Source: an uncultured Mycoplasmatota bacterium
Lineage (GTDB): Bacteria > Bacillota_I > Bacilli_A > RF39 > UBA660
Assembly (NCBI GenBank): GCA_948466735.1
Contig: CAOKBR010000003.1
Span: forward strand, 1 to 56,208
Direction: 5' to 3'
DNA: 56,208 nt
The position numbers and the translations under genes are program-made. Under the pieces are notes generated by a model, which saw nothing but the letters and a program-made list of their open reading frames with translations, was not told the origin of the DNA and did no database searches. This document shows, in pieces, positions 9,248 to 19,913 of this stretch; the first letter of the stretch is position 1, and every line of letters begins with the position of its first letter.

Positions 9248-11461
9248 CTATTTACTTGTTATACCACTTTCTAACATTTCTTTTAAAGATGTTCTTCTAA
9301 TATCTTCTTGATTATTTAAAATCGCAAAATCTAAGGCTTTCATTTCACCAATCAAAATAAGTCTTTCTTTGCAACGAGTTACCGCGGTATAAATTAATTT
9401 ACGATAAAGCATTTTTCCATAATTTTTTACTAATGGAATGATGACAATACTAAATTCACTACCTTGAGCTTTATGAATACTAATGGCAAAACCATGTTTA
9501 AAATTTACAAAATTACTTGGCGTATATCGAACAACATTACCATCAAAATCGATATAAATTTCCCTTTTTGTTCCATTTTCAATTCTTGTAATAATTCCAA
9601 TATCACCATTAAAGACATTATCATCAGGCATATTGGTTAATTGAATCACTTTATCTTCTTCACGATAAATTACATCGCCTACTTTAAGTTCTTTTTTTCT
9701 TGTTGTTTTAGGATTAAAAATTTGTTGCAATTGCTTATTAATTTCATCAATTCCAACAACTCCTTTATACATTGGTGCTAAAACTTGAATTTTTTTATAA
9801 TCAATGTCCTGATAAAGTGTTGCTAATTGTTTTAAATAAGATAAAGTCTCTACTCCATTTGCACTAATAAAAGATAGATCATCTTCTTGATTAAAGATAT
9901 CTTCTTGTAAAGAACCTTTTTGAATATCATAAGCTAAAGTTAAGATATTAGAATCACTCTTTTGACGATATAATTCCTTTAAAGAAATCACATTTAAAAC
10001 TTCGCTTTCAATACAATCTTTTAAAATTTGTCCAGATCCAACGCTTGGTAATTGGTGGTAATCTCCCACTAAGACAATTTTACAATGAATAGATAATCCT
10101 TTTAATAGGCTATCTAGTAAATAAGTATCAATCATACTAGCTTCATCGATAATCACAAATTCAACGTCACTTTTATTATACTCATTAATGGCAAAAGTAT
10201 TGGTATCTTTGTTCCATTTTAAAAAGCGATGGATGGTCTGTGCTGGTAGAGCAGTGGTTTCACTCATTCTCTTACTAGCTCTACCCGTTGGGGCTAATAA
10301 CATCAATTTTTCTTTCATTTGTGTTGCACTAAAACCATGGATTAATCGATATAATTCGATAATCGCTTTGATAATTGTCGTTTTTCCTGTTCCAGGTCCT
10401 CCAGTAATAATTAAAAAATCGTTAAGATGAGCTTGTTTTATTGCTTCTTTTTGGGAATCGTTATATTTTATTTGCAAAAACTCTTCTAGCTCATTTATTT
10501 TTTTGCTAATATCATCATCTTCTTGTTGATTTTGTTTTTCTTTTCTTTTATTTAATAAACGAAAACGACTGGCAATATTTTTTTCTGCTTGATATAACGT
10601 AAATAAATATACTCGCTCATCTATCCTTTTAATTTTATAATCGCGTTCTAAATGAAGTAGTACTTCTTCCAACAATTCTTCTTGAATATTAACACTTAAA
10701 GCACGAAGAATTAAATTAGGAAGTTCACTTTTTAATAGATAGGTATTTCCTGATATGTTACAAACTTCTTCTAAGATATAAACAATTCCTGCTGCTAATC
10801 GCCTTTTATCATCAAACGTTAACCCCAGTGCTCCTGTTGCAATATGATCTATTCTTTTAAAACTTAAATCTTTAAAATCAAGCCATGATTGATAAACATT
10901 ATTTTTAATAATATCCATCGTTTTTTCTTTATATTTTTTATATATCATCATGCTATCTTTGGAACTAAAACCTAACTCTGTTAAATAAAGAATCAATTGA
11001 TAAGAAGATTCATATTCTAATAATTTATCATGTAAAACTTCAATATTTTTTTGGGTAATTCCTGGAATTAATAGTAAATTATTAGGGTTTTCTAAAATGA
11101 TTGACAATGTATCTTTTCCTAAATGATCAACGATTTTTTTTATTTTTGTTTTTCCAATGCCTTTAAATAAATCACTAGCTAAAAATTCTATAATAGATGA
11201 GTTTTCTTCTGGTAATACTCTTGAATACGCACTAACTTGAAATTGCTCCCCATAACGCTCATGTTCAATTACTTCTCCATAAAATAAATAAGTATCTATA
11301 TCATTTAATTCATGAAAATATCCAGTAAAGGTAATTGTTTTATTGATATAATTTTCTAAATTTTTATCGTTTGTTTCTTTTACTTTAAATAGTCCAATAG
11401 TATATCCACTATCCGATTGAAAAATACTTTTTCGATAATTTCCTTTTATATATTTATCCAT
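9248..11461 (-). CDS. recD2: ATP-dependent RecD-like DNA helicase
   Basis: GGPGTGKTT, APTGRA, DEASM, QLPSV, HKAQGSEF; N-terminal HhH region. Confidence 0.95.
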   Translation of the reverse strand: MDKYIKGNYRKSIFQSDSGYTIGLFKVKETNDKNLENYINKTITFTGYFHELNDIDTYLFYGEVIEHERYGEQFQVSAYSRVLPEENSSIIEFLASDLFKGIGKTKIKKIVDHLGKDTLSIILENPNNLLLIPGITQKNIEVLHDKLLEYESSYQLILYLTELGFSSKDSMMIYKKYKEKTMDIIKNNVYQSWLDFKDLSFKRIDHIATGALGLTFDDKRRLAAGIVYILEEVCNISGNTYLLKSELPNLILRALSVNIQEELLEEVLLHLERDYKIKRIDERVYLFTLYQAEKNIASRFRLLNKRKEKQNQQEDDDISKKINELEEFLQIKYNDSQKEAIKQAHLNDFLIITGGPGTGKTTIIKAIIELYRLIHGFSATQMKEKLMLLAPTGRASKRMSETTALPAQTIHRFLKWNKDTNTFAINEYNKSDVEFVIIDEASMIDTYLLDSLLKGLSIHCKIVLVGDYHQLPSVGSGQILKDCIESEVLNVISLKELYRQKSDSNILTLAYDIQKGSLQEDIFNQEDDLSFISANGVETLSYLKQLATLYQDIDYKKIQVLAPMYKGVVGIDEINKQLQQIFNPKTTRKKELKVGDVIYREEDKVIQLTNMPDDNVFNGDIGIITRIENGTKREIYIDFDGNVVRYTPSNFVNFKHGFAISIHKAQGSEFSIVIIPLVKNYGKMLYRKLIYTAVTRCKERLILIGEMKALDFAILNNQEDIRRTSLKEMLESGITSK

Positions 11462-11495
11462 ATTCTCCCCCTTTAAAAAGAAAAAGGTGTATTAT

Positions 11496-11744
11496 TCACC
11501 TTACTAATTTCTTATGCTTTTCTTGAAACATTTTTAGTGCTAGTGCTACTTCATATTTACTATCTAAACCAACGAGATACTCTTGTTTTTCCATTAATAC
11601 CGCTTTTCGTACACAAATATCCCCAGTGTGATTTACTCTACTTAAATATACATATGGAGTATTATTGATTGCCATAGTATCAACAATAACATATTTCTCT
11701 CCATCCTCTAATGTGATAAGTTCAATCATGTTTTCTTCTTTCAT
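11496..11744 (-). CDS. DUF1292-like small protein
   Basis: ITLEDGEKYVIVD...YVYL pattern. Confidence 0.55.
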   Translation of the reverse strand: MKEENMIELITLEDGEKYVIVDTMAINNTPYVYLSRVNHTGDICVRKAVLMEKQEYLVGLDSKYEVALALKMFQEKHKKLVR

Positions 11745-11748
11745 TTCA

Positions 11749-12282
11749 CTACCTCCGACTAGAATTTTTATTCTCTTCTCTATTTTCGAAGTTATCTTGT
11801 GTTAAAATTCCAAGATTTTCTAAAGCTTGATCATATTTTCGTTCTAATTGTTTACTAGAAATTAATATTGATTGTTTTAAAGAATCACTGTAATTAAATT
11901 GTTCTTGTACTAATTTCATTTCTTCATTGGGAAGTTTAATAAAATTTAGTAGGCAAATAGCTATTGAAACACTAGCAACCGTAGTAAAACCACCAATTAA
12001 GCCTAATTTCCAATGAGAATCAAGTTCCTCATCATGAATTACTTTTTGAATATTACCCTTAACTGGTACAATCGTTTTACTCATGCTTTTATCAATCGTC
12101 TCTTGGGCTTTTTCTTTTAGTCGTTGATACGCTTTAAAATCAATATCAACTACCAATGGAAATTCTTTTTTTAATTGCTCACTATTAGAAAATCGGGCAA
12201 TAGGAATATGAACAATTCCCTGTTCTATAGGATGACGTACTTCTTCACTAGACTTAATCATCTTATCACCTTCTATATTCAT
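11749..12282 (-). CDS. Hypothetical single-TM protein
   Basis: Hydrophobic segment LGLIGGFTTVASVSIAICLL; likely start at MIKSS after GAAGGTG. Confidence 0.6.
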   Translation of the reverse strand: MNIEGDKMIKSSEEVRHPIEQGIVHIPIARFSNSEQLKKEFPLVVDIDFKAYQRLKEKAQETIDKSMSKTIVPVKGNIQKVIHDEELDSHWKLGLIGGFTTVASVSIAICLLNFIKLPNEEMKLVQEQFNYSDSLKQSILISSKQLERKYDQALENLGILTQDNFENREENKNSSRR

Positions 12283-12321
12283 TGTAATATAAACTAGTAG
12301 TATTTGTCAAAATGAATTTAT

Positions 12322-13590
12322 TTACTTAACAATTACATAAGGATATTCTATTTTTTCTATCGTTAAATCTACTAAAGTATTTGATGGAATTTCTTTTTTT
12401 ATTTTAGCATACAAATAATTTTCACTATGTCCATAACTATAACTATTTTTGGTTGTTTCGATTAAAAAAGGTAATTTTTTTCCAATAAACTTCATCATGT
12501 ATTCTTCTTCTAATTGACGTGATAAATTAAGTAGTCTTTTTGCTCGGTCTTTCTTCACTTCACTTGGGACTTCCTCCATGGTTGATGCTAAGGTACCATC
12601 CCTTTTAGAATATGGAAAAACATGAATCTTAGCAAAAGCAAAATCTTTAGCAGTTTGTAATGTTTTTTCAAATAATTCTTCACTTTCATAAGGAAAGCCG
12701 ACAATAATATCAGTAGTAATCGAAATATCGCTTCGAATCTTTCTAATTTTTGCTAATTTTTCTCTAAAGTAAGATAAATCATATTTTCTTTTCATTAACG
12801 TTAAGATTTCATCACTCCCTGCTTGTAGGGGAATATGTAAGTGATTTACAATTACGTTTTCTTTTTCTAAAAGATTTAACACTTCATCATTTAATTCGGT
12901 AATTTCAATGGATGAAATTCTAAGACGCAACAAATTAGGAATTTTTACTAACTCAGATAAAAGAGTAGCAAAACTACTACCAATATCATATCCATAATTT
13001 CCAGTATGAATTCCTGTTAAAACAATTTCTTGATAACCATTGGCAACTAAATCGCTTACTTCTTTAATGACTAAAGCAAAAGGTTTTGAGCGACATTTTC
13101 CACGAACATAGGGAATAATACAATAACTACAAAAGTTTTCACAACCATCTTGAATTTTCACAAAGGCTCTTGTTCTACCTGAAGTTGTTGTTAAATTCAT
13201 TTTTTCAAAAGTAAACATGGCTTTATCCACCCGATGGGAAATAGGTTCTTTTAAAGTAAAATACTCATCTAAAAGGGAAACAATTTTTCCTTTATCCTGA
13301 TTACCAATCAATAAACTGACACCTTGTTCTTGATATGTAGGATTTGCTTCAATAAAACATCCCATGGCAACAATACAAGCTAGTGGATTTCTTCTTATTG
13401 CTTGATGAATCATTTTTCGACTTTTAATATCACTGGTATTAGTAACCGTACAAGTATTGATGATATAAATATCACATATTGAATCAAAAGGAGCAATTTC
13501 ATACCCATTATTTTTTAATTCTTGGATAACAAACTCACTTTCATAAGTATTTACTTTACACCCAAGTGTTGCTACGCCTACTCTCATCAC
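12322..13590 (-). CDS. mtaB: tRNA t6A37 methylthiotransferase
   Basis: TLGCKVNTYES, INTCTVT, radical SAM CENFCSYC, HVFPYSKR. Confidence 0.94.
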   Translation of the reverse strand: MMRVGVATLGCKVNTYESEFVIQELKNNGYEIAPFDSICDIYIINTCTVTNTSDIKSRKMIHQAIRRNPLACIVAMGCFIEANPTYQEQGVSLLIGNQDKGKIVSLLDEYFTLKEPISHRVDKAMFTFEKMNLTTTSGRTRAFVKIQDGCENFCSYCIIPYVRGKCRSKPFALVIKEVSDLVANGYQEIVLTGIHTGNYGYDIGSSFATLLSELVKIPNLLRLRISSIEITELNDEVLNLLEKENVIVNHLHIPLQAGSDEILTLMKRKYDLSYFREKLAKIRKIRSDISITTDIIVGFPYESEELFEKTLQTAKDFAFAKIHVFPYSKRDGTLASTMEEVPSEVKKDRAKRLLNLSRQLEEEYMMKFIGKKLPFLIETTKNSYSYGHSENYLYAKIKKEIPSNTLVDLTIEKIEYPYVIVK

Positions 13591-13599
13591 TTATTCCCC

Positions 13600-14460
13600 C
13601 TAATCCAATTTTTTTTGTAATTCTTTCAATCGATTAATAAAATCTCTTGTTTTTTGTAATTCTTCATCAAATTGCTCAATACTTCTACTACTTCCCACTT
13701 GCCAAGAAGTATTATTTTCATCTTCAACTCCAAAAACAGGAGAAATAAATGGACTTGTTTTAAATCTTTGAGCTTTTGGTGTATTGAATACTTGATTTAC
13801 TACTTGATCTAATTCTTGATTATGTTCTTTTTCCTGATTAAGTTCTAAACTACCATTTTGTTCATAATAGGTTTTTTTTAACTCTTCAATGTTGATTGGC
13901 AAAGTTTTCTCTAATGGGTCTTCATAAGATAATTCATTGATTGTACTTTTACTTTTTTCCATTAATTCATTTAAACTTATAACAGCATTTTCTTCTTGCT
14001 CAACAGTAAAATCATCAAGCGCTTTTTGATTTTTTTCTTCGACTTCTCCCAAAGTTGACATTAAACGTTCTAGTTCTAATTTTGCATTTTCTTTTTCCTG
14101 TTCATCGCTTTGTTCAACGTATTTAATTTTTTCAATCGGTTTAGTATAAAAAACATCTTCTTTAACAATTAATTCTTCTTTCTCAATCACTGCTGTTTTA
14201 GATAATAGTTCATCTACATTATGACTATCAGTTCCTAGTTTTTCTTCCTTTTTTTTCAAAACATTATCATCTTTTACTTGGTTTAGTACTTGTTCTTCTT
14301 TTACGTTTACATGAGATAAAATTTTGCTACTTTTTTTTCTTTTAGGAAAGCCATAATCTAGATATAAAATTAAAACAATCAACATGACCATTACTACGAT
14401 TAATGCAAAAAAAACAATCGAGGAATTTATACTTTCCATATAGATAAATTTATCAATCAT
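13600..14460 (-). CDS. Hypothetical protein, N-terminal TM, acidic coiled-coil
   Basis: TM at aa ~15-35; E/K-rich; FKTSPFISPVFG motif. Confidence 0.75.
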   Translation of the reverse strand: MIDKFIYMESINSSIVFFALIVVMVMLIVLILYLDYGFPKRKKSSKILSHVNVKEEQVLNQVKDDNVLKKKEEKLGTDSHNVDELLSKTAVIEKEELIVKEDVFYTKPIEKIKYVEQSDEQEKENAKLELERLMSTLGEVEEKNQKALDDFTVEQEENAVISLNELMEKSKSTINELSYEDPLEKTLPINIEELKKTYYEQNGSLELNQEKEHNQELDQVVNQVFNTPKAQRFKTSPFISPVFGVEDENNTSWQVGSSRSIEQFDEELQKTRDFINRLKELQKKLD

Positions 14461-14466
14461 ACTACT

Positions 14467-15180
14467 TCACCTCATAAATTGATATTGAATAACACTCATG
14501 ATGTACAATGCTACCGTTTCACTTCTAAATACCAATTCTCCTAAACTAACGGGAATAAATCCTTGTTCTAACAGCATTTTTTCTTCACTTGATGTAAACC
14601 CGCCTTCAGGACCAATCACTATTAACATTTTATCACTCTTTTTACATTGTGATAAGACTTTTTTTAAAGTTATTGACATTTCATTTACCGTACACAATAA
14701 TTTTACATTATATTCACTTGATGATAGTTCATTAGGCTTAATCGCTGGATATACTTTGGGAACATCTATTCTTTTAGATTGTTCGCTTGCTTCTTTTACG
14801 ATGGTTTGCCAACGTTGTAATTTTTTTTCTTTTTTATTTTCTAGTTTTATTATTGACCTAGTTGCTTCTATTGGAATAAAAGAATGTACTCCTAACTCAG
14901 TTGCTTTTTGGAAAATGAAATCCATTTTTTGTTCTTTTAATAAACTTTGTCCAAGGGTAACTTTTGGTAATTCTAAATTTTCTTTTTCTTCTACTTCTTG
15001 AATAATGGCAACAACACTAGGTTCTAATTGATTAATTTTAGCAAGATACACTTTATTATCATCAACAACTTCGATAACTTCCCCTAAACTCATTCGCATA
15101 ACATTTTTAATATGGTGCGACGTGGTTATATCAAAATAGATTTTATTCTCTTGAATTTTTTGTCCAAAATATCTTTGCAT
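14467..15180 (-). CDS. rsmE: 16S rRNA m3U1498 methyltransferase
   Basis: HHIKNVMRM, QKATELGV, EASEQS, IGPEGGF. Confidence 0.95.
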   Translation of the reverse strand: MQRYFGQKIQENKIYFDITTSHHIKNVMRMSLGEVIEVVDDNKVYLAKINQLEPSVVAIIQEVEEKENLELPKVTLGQSLLKEQKMDFIFQKATELGVHSFIPIEATRSIIKLENKKEKKLQRWQTIVKEASEQSKRIDVPKVYPAIKPNELSSSEYNVKLLCTVNEMSITLKKVLSQCKKSDKMLIVIGPEGGFTSSEEKMLLEQGFIPVSLGELVFRSETVALYIMSVIQYQFMR

Positions 15181-17680
15181 CTTCTTTTCTCCTATTTTTA
15201 TTATCTAATATCATTAAAGTAATAAAACAAATCACACCAACTTCTGATAACATTTTTCCAAAACGAGATAAGGGTGCTTGATAAGTAATTTCAATATGAT
15301 GAGTACCTTTATCTAGTTTAGCTCCTAAAAAGGCCGTATTGACAAGTTCCTTTTTAGTAATGCTATCATCTACTTTAATCGTATACCCCTCATCATAAGG
15401 TAGAGAAGTCACTAAATATCCATCATCATCTAAAGTAATATCAAAGGTAAATTTATCTTTTTTAGAAGTAAAGTTAGATACTACAGTTAACTCATTCTTT
15501 CGTTTTTTCAACTCATTAACATCAAGCGTATAAAGATGGATATCCCCTATTTCATAATCTCCTTTTTCAATAACCATATCAATAGAATCATTGGTATCAC
15601 TAATTACGTAATCAAATTGATAATTATCATTTTTATATAGCCAATCATCACAAGTCACTTTATTAGATAGACCATTAATTTCAATAAAACGATCAACTTC
15701 TTGACAACTGACTTTATTTTTTATTTGAAAAGAGATTAACAACAAGTTATTTTCTAACGGTTTTGTTAGTGATAAAGTCATTTTTTTTCGTTTAGCAAGA
15801 TGAAATTGGTAACCATCTTTTATTTTTTTTCCATCTAATTGTTTTATTAACTGTTGAAAATCAATATATGTGTTATCTTCCTTTATTTTCTCTTCTACTA
15901 CTTCATTTTTGGTATCATCTACTACAGTAGAAAACATTAAAAAATTGGTTTTTCCTATTTTATCTGATGTATCAAAAGTAGCTTTATTTACTAATTTCGT
16001 AGAACCATAAATCATGGGATACACATCAATATTTTGATAAAGATCTGTAGTTGCTTCTATTTTTTGATAAGTATTAGGAATATGATTTTTTCCAATTAAG
16101 TATTTTACCCCCATAAAAGTGTTAAATAGTAAACTAGAACTACTCGTTAGCATTAAATTATTTCTAGAGGGAATAGCATTAAATAATTGTTCCTGATAAA
16201 ATTTAGCAAAATATTGATTTTCAACGGAGGAATACACAGATGTTTGTTTTTGTCTTAAATCATAAATTTTATTAAGTGATTGACTAGCATTTGTAAGTTT
16301 ATTGGTACGATATAAGGATATTTCTTTATCTTTTTGGTATATTTCACCTAATTGATGAACAATTTCTTCATTATTTAGCGCATCATATAAAGAGTGAGAT
16401 ATATATTTTTCACATTTGTTACTAGATACATTATAAATGATTGCAACTAGACAAATAGGTATAACAAAATAGATAAACTTCTTTTTCTTTTGATATAAGA
16501 AAAAAGAAAAAAGTAAGACACCTAAATCAATTAAAGCTAAAACGATATAACCGTCTTTTGTATAAAAAAGAAAGGAAAGGAAAATATAACATAAACTTAA
16601 GAAAGTAAGAAGTTTAATAGGAATTTTTTTCTGATTTTTTTTAATATCTTCTAATAGATTTGCTATTAATAATCCAAGTAAAGGAAGAAATGGAATTAAC
16701 ACTTTAGGTCTTATATAAAGTCCACCGTTTAACAATAAAATCAGTAGCGGTGATGATAAGGTAATGGCAATTAAAATCGATAAAATTTTCTTTTCTTTTT
16801 CCTTTTGCATAACTCCATAACCTAGGGCAAAAAAGGAAATAAATGTTAACCCTAATCCATAAGAGTCATACAATAAAGTTTTTATATCAAACCTTGGAAG
16901 TATACTTTTTATGGACAAATTAATGGAGGTTTCACTTCTTCCATTTAAAATCACATAAAAAGTAGGAAGTAGTAAAATCATTGCCATCAATAAACCCGTT
17001 AAGACGCTAGGAATTATCCCCAAAATCGATTTTTTCCACTCCTTAAATGTTTGCTTATTTTTAATGTTTCGATATAAAAAGTAGAAAAATAAGACAATAG
17101 ATGATCCTAATGCGTAATAATAACTAGTTAAAAATAATAAGGTAATTCCTATAGCCAAAATGCTAAGACGCCTTTTGTCCATGTATTCATCTACTCCACA
17201 TAAACTAAGGAGTAAGAAAGGAAAATAGGAAACAAACATAATTTGACGATGACTTTGAAAAATTAAGGGTAAAGCCATGATAAAAAGAATGCTACTTACT
17301 AGACAAACACTTCTTGAAAATTGATGATATTGTAGCCAACGATGAAATAAAATCACATCTAAAATAAGAAAGAAAATCATAATAATGATTAAAAAATGCG
17401 CCATTGGAATATGGGGAAAAAAGCATGAAAATAAAACAATTGGATTATATAGCCCATAGTAAGAAAAATAAAAAATATTTTCACCTGCTCCAAGATGGAT
17501 AGCTAAATTGGGTAAATTTAGGGTATGGTTTTCTAAAATTAAGGAACGAAAATAGGAAAAAAATGATGTATGTTGGCTTAACCAATCGGTAGTAGAACCA
17601 AAAATATTTACCCATGAACCTAATAAAACAACAATAAGTACTAATCCAATTAACCATAAAATATCTTTATTTTTTTTCAT
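15143..17680 (-). CDS. YfhO-family polytopic membrane glycosyltransferase
   Basis: Many TMs, large extracellular loop, C-terminal LPYDEGY..VNTAFLG..GTHHIEITY. Confidence 0.85.
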   Translation of the reverse strand: MKKNKDILWLIGLVLIVVLLGSWVNIFGSTTDWLSQHTSFFSYFRSLILENHTLNLPNLAIHLGAGENIFYFSYYGLYNPIVLFSCFFPHIPMAHFLIIIMIFFLILDVILFHRWLQYHQFSRSVCLVSSILFIMALPLIFQSHRQIMFVSYFPFLLLSLCGVDEYMDKRRLSILAIGITLLFLTSYYYALGSSIVLFFYFLYRNIKNKQTFKEWKKSILGIIPSVLTGLLMAMILLLPTFYVILNGRSETSINLSIKSILPRFDIKTLLYDSYGLGLTFISFFALGYGVMQKEKEKKILSILIAITLSSPLLILLLNGGLYIRPKVLIPFLPLLGLLIANLLEDIKKNQKKIPIKLLTFLSLCYIFLSFLFYTKDGYIVLALIDLGVLLFSFFLYQKKKKFIYFVIPICLVAIIYNVSSNKCEKYISHSLYDALNNEEIVHQLGEIYQKDKEISLYRTNKLTNASQSLNKIYDLRQKQTSVYSSVENQYFAKFYQEQLFNAIPSRNNLMLTSSSSLLFNTFMGVKYLIGKNHIPNTYQKIEATTDLYQNIDVYPMIYGSTKLVNKATFDTSDKIGKTNFLMFSTVVDDTKNEVVEEKIKEDNTYIDFQQLIKQLDGKKIKDGYQFHLAKRKKMTLSLTKPLENNLLLISFQIKNKVSCQEVDRFIEINGLSNKVTCDDWLYKNDNYQFDYVISDTNDSIDMVIEKGDYEIGDIHLYTLDVNELKKRKNELTVVSNFTSKKDKFTFDITLDDDGYLVTSLPYDEGYTIKVDDSITKKELVNTAFLGAKLDKGTHHIEITYQAPLSRFGKMLSEVGVICFITLMILDNKNRRKEDAKIFWTKNSRE

Positions 17681-17764
17681 TCTACGTCACCATTCATTTC
17701 TTTTTTCTTTCCTGTCGTCATATATATTATAATGTATTTTTAGTTTTTTAAAAAGAGGAATTTT

Positions 17765-19057
17765 ATGAGTAAAGAAAAATTTATTAAATCAACAATTATT
17801 TTAATGGTTGGGGGATTTTTAACAAAGTTTTTAGGAATGATTATTAAAATTGTGATGAGTAGATTAATGGGAAGTGAAGGAATTGGCTTATATATGCTAA
17901 TTCTTCCTACCTTTTCTCTATTCATTGGTCTAGCACAGTTTGGCTTTCCTATTGCTATTAGTAAACTAGTAGCAGAAGATAAGAAAAATAATAAAAACTT
18001 GATTTTTTCCATTATTCCTGTATCACTAGTAATTAATTTAGCTATCATTATTTTTATTATTGCTATTAGTCCATATCTTGCTAAAAATTTACTAAATGAA
18101 CCAAGAAGTTATCTTCCTCTTTTAAGTATTGCCATTGTCTTACCATTAACTAGTCTATCAGGAATATTAAGAAGTTATTTTTTTGGACGTCAAAGAATGT
18201 TACCCCATGTTGTTTCTAATGTAACAGAAGATATTGCTAGACTTTTGTTAATTATTTTAGGAGTTCCCCTATTTTTATCAAAAGGCTTAGAATACGCTGT
18301 AACGTTTGTTGTCTTAACCAACATTATTAGTGAAGGAGTATCAATTTTAGTCTTATTTTTCTTTCTTCCTAAACACTTTAAAATTACTAAAGAAGAATTA
18401 ATACCTAATGGAAGATATTTAAAAGATACCTTAAGTATTGCTGTTCCTTCTACAACAGGAAGATTAATTGGTTCCATCGGATATTTCCTAGAGCCAATTT
18501 TATTAACACAAGGATTACTTTTAGCAGGATACCAACAGTCTTATATTATCAATCAATATGGAATCTTATCTGGTTACGCTCTTCCTCTACTTCTATTGCC
18601 ATCCTTTTTTACTGGCGCTATTTCACAAGCACTTTTACCTGTTGTTAGTAAAGCATATGCCAATAACAATATTACTTTTGTAAAGGCAAAAATTAAGCAA
18701 GCAATTTTCTTTTCTTTATTAATTGGATTACCTGTAACGATATTATTTGTGTTAATTCCTCAAGTACCCTTAAAATTAATTTATAACACTCGTCTTGGAA
18801 TTGACTATATCAAAATTCTAGCACCTATTTGTCTATTTCAATATGTGCAAGCACCACTTTCTGCTAGTTTGGATGCGATGGGTAAAAGTAAGGATAATAT
18901 GATGGGAACTTTGATTGGAACTATTCTTCGTTCTATCTTATTATTTACAACTTCCCTACTTCATATTGGAATTTATTCTTTGATTATTGCTACAAGCGTT
19001 AATGTTTTATATGTTACCTTTCAAAATATTCGCCATGTAAGAAAATATTTACATTAA
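17765..19057 (+). CDS. spoVB: SpoVB-like MOP/MurJ-family flippase
   Basis: FIKSTIIL..TKFLG..SRLMGSEGIGLY, GFPIAISKLVAE. Confidence 0.75.
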   Translation: MSKEKFIKSTIILMVGGFLTKFLGMIIKIVMSRLMGSEGIGLYMLILPTFSLFIGLAQFGFPIAISKLVAEDKKNNKNLIFSIIPVSLVINLAIIIFIIAISPYLAKNLLNEPRSYLPLLSIAIVLPLTSLSGILRSYFFGRQRMLPHVVSNVTEDIARLLLIILGVPLFLSKGLEYAVTFVVLTNIISEGVSILVLFFFLPKHFKITKEELIPNGRYLKDTLSIAVPSTTGRLIGSIGYFLEPILLTQGLLLAGYQQSYIINQYGILSGYALPLLLLPSFFTGAISQALLPVVSKAYANNNITFVKAKIKQAIFFSLLIGLPVTILFVLIPQVPLKLIYNTRLGIDYIKILAPICLFQYVQAPLSASLDAMGKSKDNMMGTLIGTILRSILLFTTSLLHIGIYSLIIATSVNVLYVTFQNIRHVRKYLH

Positions 19058-19104
19058 TGTATAAATGAGAAAAGATTTATTCATGATAATATTGGAGGAA
19101 AAAT

Positions 19105-19245
19105 ATGATAAAAAAACCACGTTGGAAATATCGAAAAAAGTTATACTTAAAACAACAACCTAGTAGTGTCGCTAGAAAAATAGAGACCATCGAATATGGA
19201 AAAGAGTATTATGAAGCAGTAGATGAAAACAAGGAATCAAATTAA
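19105..19245 (+). CDS. Small hypothetical 46-aa ORF or gene remnant
   Basis: GGAGG RBS; MIKKPRWKYRKKLYLKQQPSSVARKIETIEYGKEYYEAVDENKESN. Confidence 0.4.
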   Translation: MIKKPRWKYRKKLYLKQQPSSVARKIETIEYGKEYYEAVDENKESN

Positions 19246-19386
19246 GATCTAGTAATAGGTCTTTTTATTATAAATAAAGAGATAATAAGAAAAGTGAGAA
19301 CGTAAACAACAATTACTCATTTATCCCTTCACTATTATCATTATCCACAATTTTAAAAAGTACTAAACTTTTCTATTTTTTTTTAA

Positions 19387-19726
19387 TTATTTTATAATAC
19401 TTACTACGACTCTTGCACCAACATTAGTCCGTGTAGTATTGATGTTACATTAACATTCCATGCACGATTAAAACCAAATGAATATGCATCCATTGGTCAA
19501 TAGGCAGCATTATTTACTCCATCATTTATCGTTCCTCCATGTCCTAAAATATAAGTATTAGTAGCACAACTAAATTGATTGGTAGATGCATCATAACTAC
19601 ATTTGATGATTCAATCATATTTTCAACAGTTCCATCTTTTGAAAAGGTAAATACTGCAAAAATTACTCCAACTGTGGCAATTGCTAATAAAAGTAACATT
19701 ACTACTAATTTCTTCTTTTGTTCCAT
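19387..19726 (-). pseudogene. Internally deleted member of the SipW-signal surface protein family (CLec-like tail)
   Basis: N-terminus GVIFAVFTFSKDGTVEN joined to fragments TNQFSCATNTY, NRAWNV, NVGARVVVSIIK* that match the C-terminus of 41766-42941. Confidence 0.8.
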
Positions 19727-19731
19727 TTCTC

Positions 19732-19888
19732 TTACTCCTTTTTAAAACAAAAAAAGGATGAAAACATAGTTTCACTCTTACGTGTATCATTTATTAATTT
19801 TATTTTAAGGTCTAACCCTCCCCTAGTTAATTTAAGGTTAACAAGATAAGCAGGAATAGAAAATTTTTTATTACTAATTCTTTTTCAT
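19732..19888 (-). promoter_or_regulatory. LTRGG leader element, copy 3 (frameshift just after ATG)
   Basis: RISNKKFSIPAYLVNLKLTRGGLDLKIKL; palindrome at 19823-19845; hairpin plus T7 near 19749-19776. Confidence 0.65.
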
Positions 19889-19913
19889 TCTAACAACTAC
19901 CATTTTTAAACAT

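Noticed and set aside
19387-19570. DGR template repeat for the 41766 C-terminus
   Set aside because: Similarity is only at protein level, with indels rather than adenine-specific mismatches; no RT in the window.
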